A DNA stretch of 64,000 nucleotides, taken from contig CM068746.1 in the NCBI GenBank assembly GCA_035084275.1, forward strand, positions 24,738,001-24,802,000. The letters are read 5' to 3'. The notes beneath the pieces were generated by a model, which had not been told where the DNA came from, searched no databases, and worked only from the letters and a program-made list of their open reading frames with translations. This document shows positions 60,536-64,000 of the stretch, piece by piece. Every line of letters starts with the position of its first letter. The first letter of the stretch is position 1. Source of the DNA: Hydrolagus colliei. Taxonomy: Eukaryota. A program made the translations under genes and the position numbers.

Positions 60536-63500
60536 TGCAACACAATTAAACACTTTCCTTTGATAACGTTTCAAGCTGAAATAACTATAACAGAGCTACA
60601 CCACACACAATAGTTTTATCTTGACACTAGTTTCGCATTTGTCTTGACACTGATGATATCAGACAAGCCAGTAAAAGTTTCAGTAAAACAGAGATCACTG
60701 CATTCCCTATCGAGATAACATTTAGTTATCTGACCACAACTTTGTATCATTCTGCCTTAATAAATTGTGCCATTTAATTTAACAGTATTGTTTAATATCT
60801 ATTATGCTACATTTTAAAATGATAAACATTTTTCTTTGATCAAGTATAGGTGGTTTTATTGAAGCTTTTTGTGTACTTTATCTCACTCACGTGATACGTT
60901 TATATCACTCACAAACACAGACGCACACATATTTTTGCAAAGCTATTATTTCTGAAGTGAGATATCTATCACTTCCGTGATAAGAATGTGGCCTCAATAA
61001 AGGCAAAACTCTATCTAGTAATTTTGGTAGATGGCATGCTATGCTATGGACTCACACTAAACCCAGCTTGGTATCCTGTGGTCGGTTGGTGCTGAGTTCA
61101 TCTTTTCAAGTGGTTAAGGAGAAGTGAGGCTAGAACTCTGCATATTGGTTGTTAAAGACAAGATCTCAATTTAGGAAAATATTCTTCGGACGGAAATCCA
61201 GTGTCCTGTTTTTGTAATGAAGCAACATTCCTGACAGCTGGATGCGACCAAAATAATCAGGTCCAATTGATCACCTGAAGTTATTTCAAATAAAATTGAT
61301 CTATAAGAAGATAATACCTGCAATGCGATCAATTTTATAAAATGTGCAGTTTTTACTGGATACCATTTTCCATAAAATATAATTCTTTGGTGGGTGAGGG
61401 GGTTTATAATTCAAGGAATAGGAATGTTTTCTCTGGAGTTGAACCAAGCTGTATCTTAATGCCTCTTTACTACTTTACCAGTAATCTATAGAGTTTGGAT
61501 CGTCTCAGAGTTCTCTGTGCTCTTTGCAGAACAGCAAGAAGCTGCAATCAGAAATGTGTGGTGGTTTCCCATTGACAGTGTGAAACATGAATTCAGCTCT
61601 TTCAGCGTGCAGTAGAAGAGATGCAATTGGAAACCCAACCTTTGTGCATCTCCAGCTGACTTGTATGAAAAGACAGATAAGACTTGGGAGCTGTAATGTG
61701 AAGGAAATGAAAGCTGAAACTTATGAAAAAAAATTCCTTGGATTTGATGCCTTAACGCATCATTGAGATGTCTCAAAAGCGCTTCGTAGAATATACTATG
61801 ATATATTGTCTATACATCAAGTACTCCAAGATGCTAACCCACATGAAGGGTGCTGTATAGATCTAAGTTGTTGTTGTTGTAAAGTGGATCGTCAGATTGT
61901 GTCTTTGGGGCGATATTTGGCAGCCAATTGTGCACAGCAGTGTCCCGCAAACAGTTGTGGATTGATTAACCAAATTTTTTTGGAAAGTTTATTACTCCCG
62001 GATTGATCTGCCATTCGACCAACAACCAGGCTTGCAGCAACTTCCATTGTAAATTAGTCCAGCCTTCAGGAACAAGAGCAGTGAAGTGACTGGTTAATAT
62101 GCGTCACTCTCTGCATTTCTGCTTAAGAGCAGACTTAATCAAAGATCTCAGTATAGTCCAGATTTGTTGCAGCTTCATACGTTTCTACCTTTGAAGTTTG
62201 TGACGTGAACCACAATTTATGCATTTACTGGAACAGCAAAGCTACTGTACGCTTCCAAGAACTACGGTTTTCACTTTAAAACCACATTAGATGTTCTTCA
62301 GATCACTCAAAAATTTAAATATTGATTACCAATACCATGATTATGCTCTACTAGAGAGATGCACTTGAATGAGTAGAGAAAACCTTTCATGGTGTTTTTG
62401 ACTATTTGTTCTTTTGGCTGAAAAGTAATTTACTGCTTTTAAAAGGTTTGTTTTACTTTAAAAACTGAAAAAACAGCAATGCAAACGTATGCATATTAAT
62501 TTATCCTACACACAAACACTCATTCACACACTGAAATCATGCCACAACAATTGGCCTGGATTATCAATGCTACAAAATGATTGCAAATGCCATATTCGAA
62601 GACTGTAAAGGTTTTATTACAGAAATGTGGTTTGTCTGTTCCCAGCTCTAGAGATTCCATTGAGGATGGCACGTATCTATCTGTATACGCCCAGCTAACT
62701 TACATGTTTGTATCTTCCTCGGTAGGTGAGTCTGGTTGGATTTTGGGGTTATCATGTGCATTAGGGGCTACTGCAATTACCTTGCTCCAGAAAAGAATGT
62801 TAAAAATTAACATTTCTGTAAAACTGAAAGTGCTAAAAAAAAAGGTATCACCTGATATTTGTAGCAAACCATTTTGCTCATCGTGCAGTTAACACTTTCC
62901 TATAAATCGAGGGTTTGGTTAGTTAGATTTAACGGCAAAACCACAAAACCAAACATGTTTTGCATATCTGTTTAATTCCACTTAGAAATGTTCTGCCTTG
63001 CATGGGATAATTAACATAGGTCTGACTCTGGGTTGGTGGGGTGCTTGTAACAGAATAACTCTACCCCTGCCTCTAGCTCAGTCCGCTATTGTGAAGCGCT
63101 CAGAGACGCCGTCCAGCGTGGAGAGCACTATATAAATTGAAGTTGTTGTTGTTGTTGAATAACTCAAATCCCAGTGGTGTGACTTTTGCAGGTGCATTTC
63201 TCGACTGATCCTGCAAGAGATTTTCCATGTGTTTTGCTTTACTCAATCACAGTCTAACTGTCCCGTTTCACCAGGACTAACACTTGATATCAAATATATG
63301 ATATTGGCACCTCGGATACCAGATTGCACCTTAACTCAGCCCGTGTCTCATCACATCCACTCTTTTACCCCTAATCCCTTATACTCTGCCTAAAGTCACA
63401 CCTGTGACTCCACTTAATAGCCACTACTGACCACCTTATAATATCAAGATACAATGATTAAAGTAAATTAATATAGTTGCAAACTATTACAAGTTAAGAA

Positions 63501-64000
63501 AGCTGCACTAATGTTCTGAACCCTAAACAACAATAATAAGGTCCTTCCATAGATACAGTACACAATTGAAAAATTCAACAATAACAACATGCATTTGTTT
63601 AGCATCCTTCACGCGGGATATCATCCTGGAGCTTTTAACACTCATCCCGAGCCAGGGGGAGAGGGAGTGGGGACGTGACCATAAGCATGATCAAAAAGAA
63701 AGGTCTTTAGGCAGGATTTGATAGTGGAGAGGGAAGGGCCAAGGAAGTTAATCAATAATGTTCCATTAAGTAGCTTTTTTCCAGGCCAGGGACCCAGGTT
63801 TCATTATTTTCCTCTCGTTAATTCTATGACTCTCCAAACAGAAATGATTTGCCAGTCAATCTCATACAATCTATCTTCACTCACGCACTCCTACATGTCG
63901 ATCAATTTGGTTAATGAGTAAGACAACAGCATGCTATCTAACAGCAAACTCTAGTCAAGAGTCACGCTATCGTGGTCAACAAACAGTTCTGAAATGAGCG

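Noticed and set aside
62104-62178. Short minus-strand frame MKLQQIWTILRSLIKSALKQKCRE as a possible IL-22/IL-26 last exon
   Set aside because: No suitable splice acceptor, no family signature and no partner exons found

Overview
Repeat-rich vertebrate genomic DNA, most likely from a cartilaginous fish (chimaera/elephant-shark-like, inferred from the SINE/L2/CR1 landscape). Manual exon stitching reveals two intact minus-strand cytokine genes that the ORF track shows only in fragments. (1) Interferon-gamma: 4 exons, phase-0 introns, 167 aa, CDS 43924->42214, with signal peptide, VQRKAILEL signature, KRKRR basic tail, TATA box and AU-rich 3'UTR. (2) About 10 kb DOWNSTREAM of IFNG, a 5-exon, all-phase-0, 181-aa secreted class II (IL-10/IL-22/IL-26/IFN-lambda-type) helical cytokine, CDS 32131->25912. 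It is cationic, has 8 mature cysteines and a degenerate helix-F signature, and its TATA promoter carries IRF-E, kappaB and RORE-like motifs. IL26 and IL22 normally lie upstream of IFNG, so this gene is the best candidate for an undescribed component. The remainder is tRNA-derived CORE/Deu-like SINEs, L2 and CR1 fragments, nested DNA MITEs, a 2.4-kb composite TIR element with a 5-bp TSD, palindromes and candidate T/NK-cell enhancers. No database searches were run; TE boundaries are approximate.
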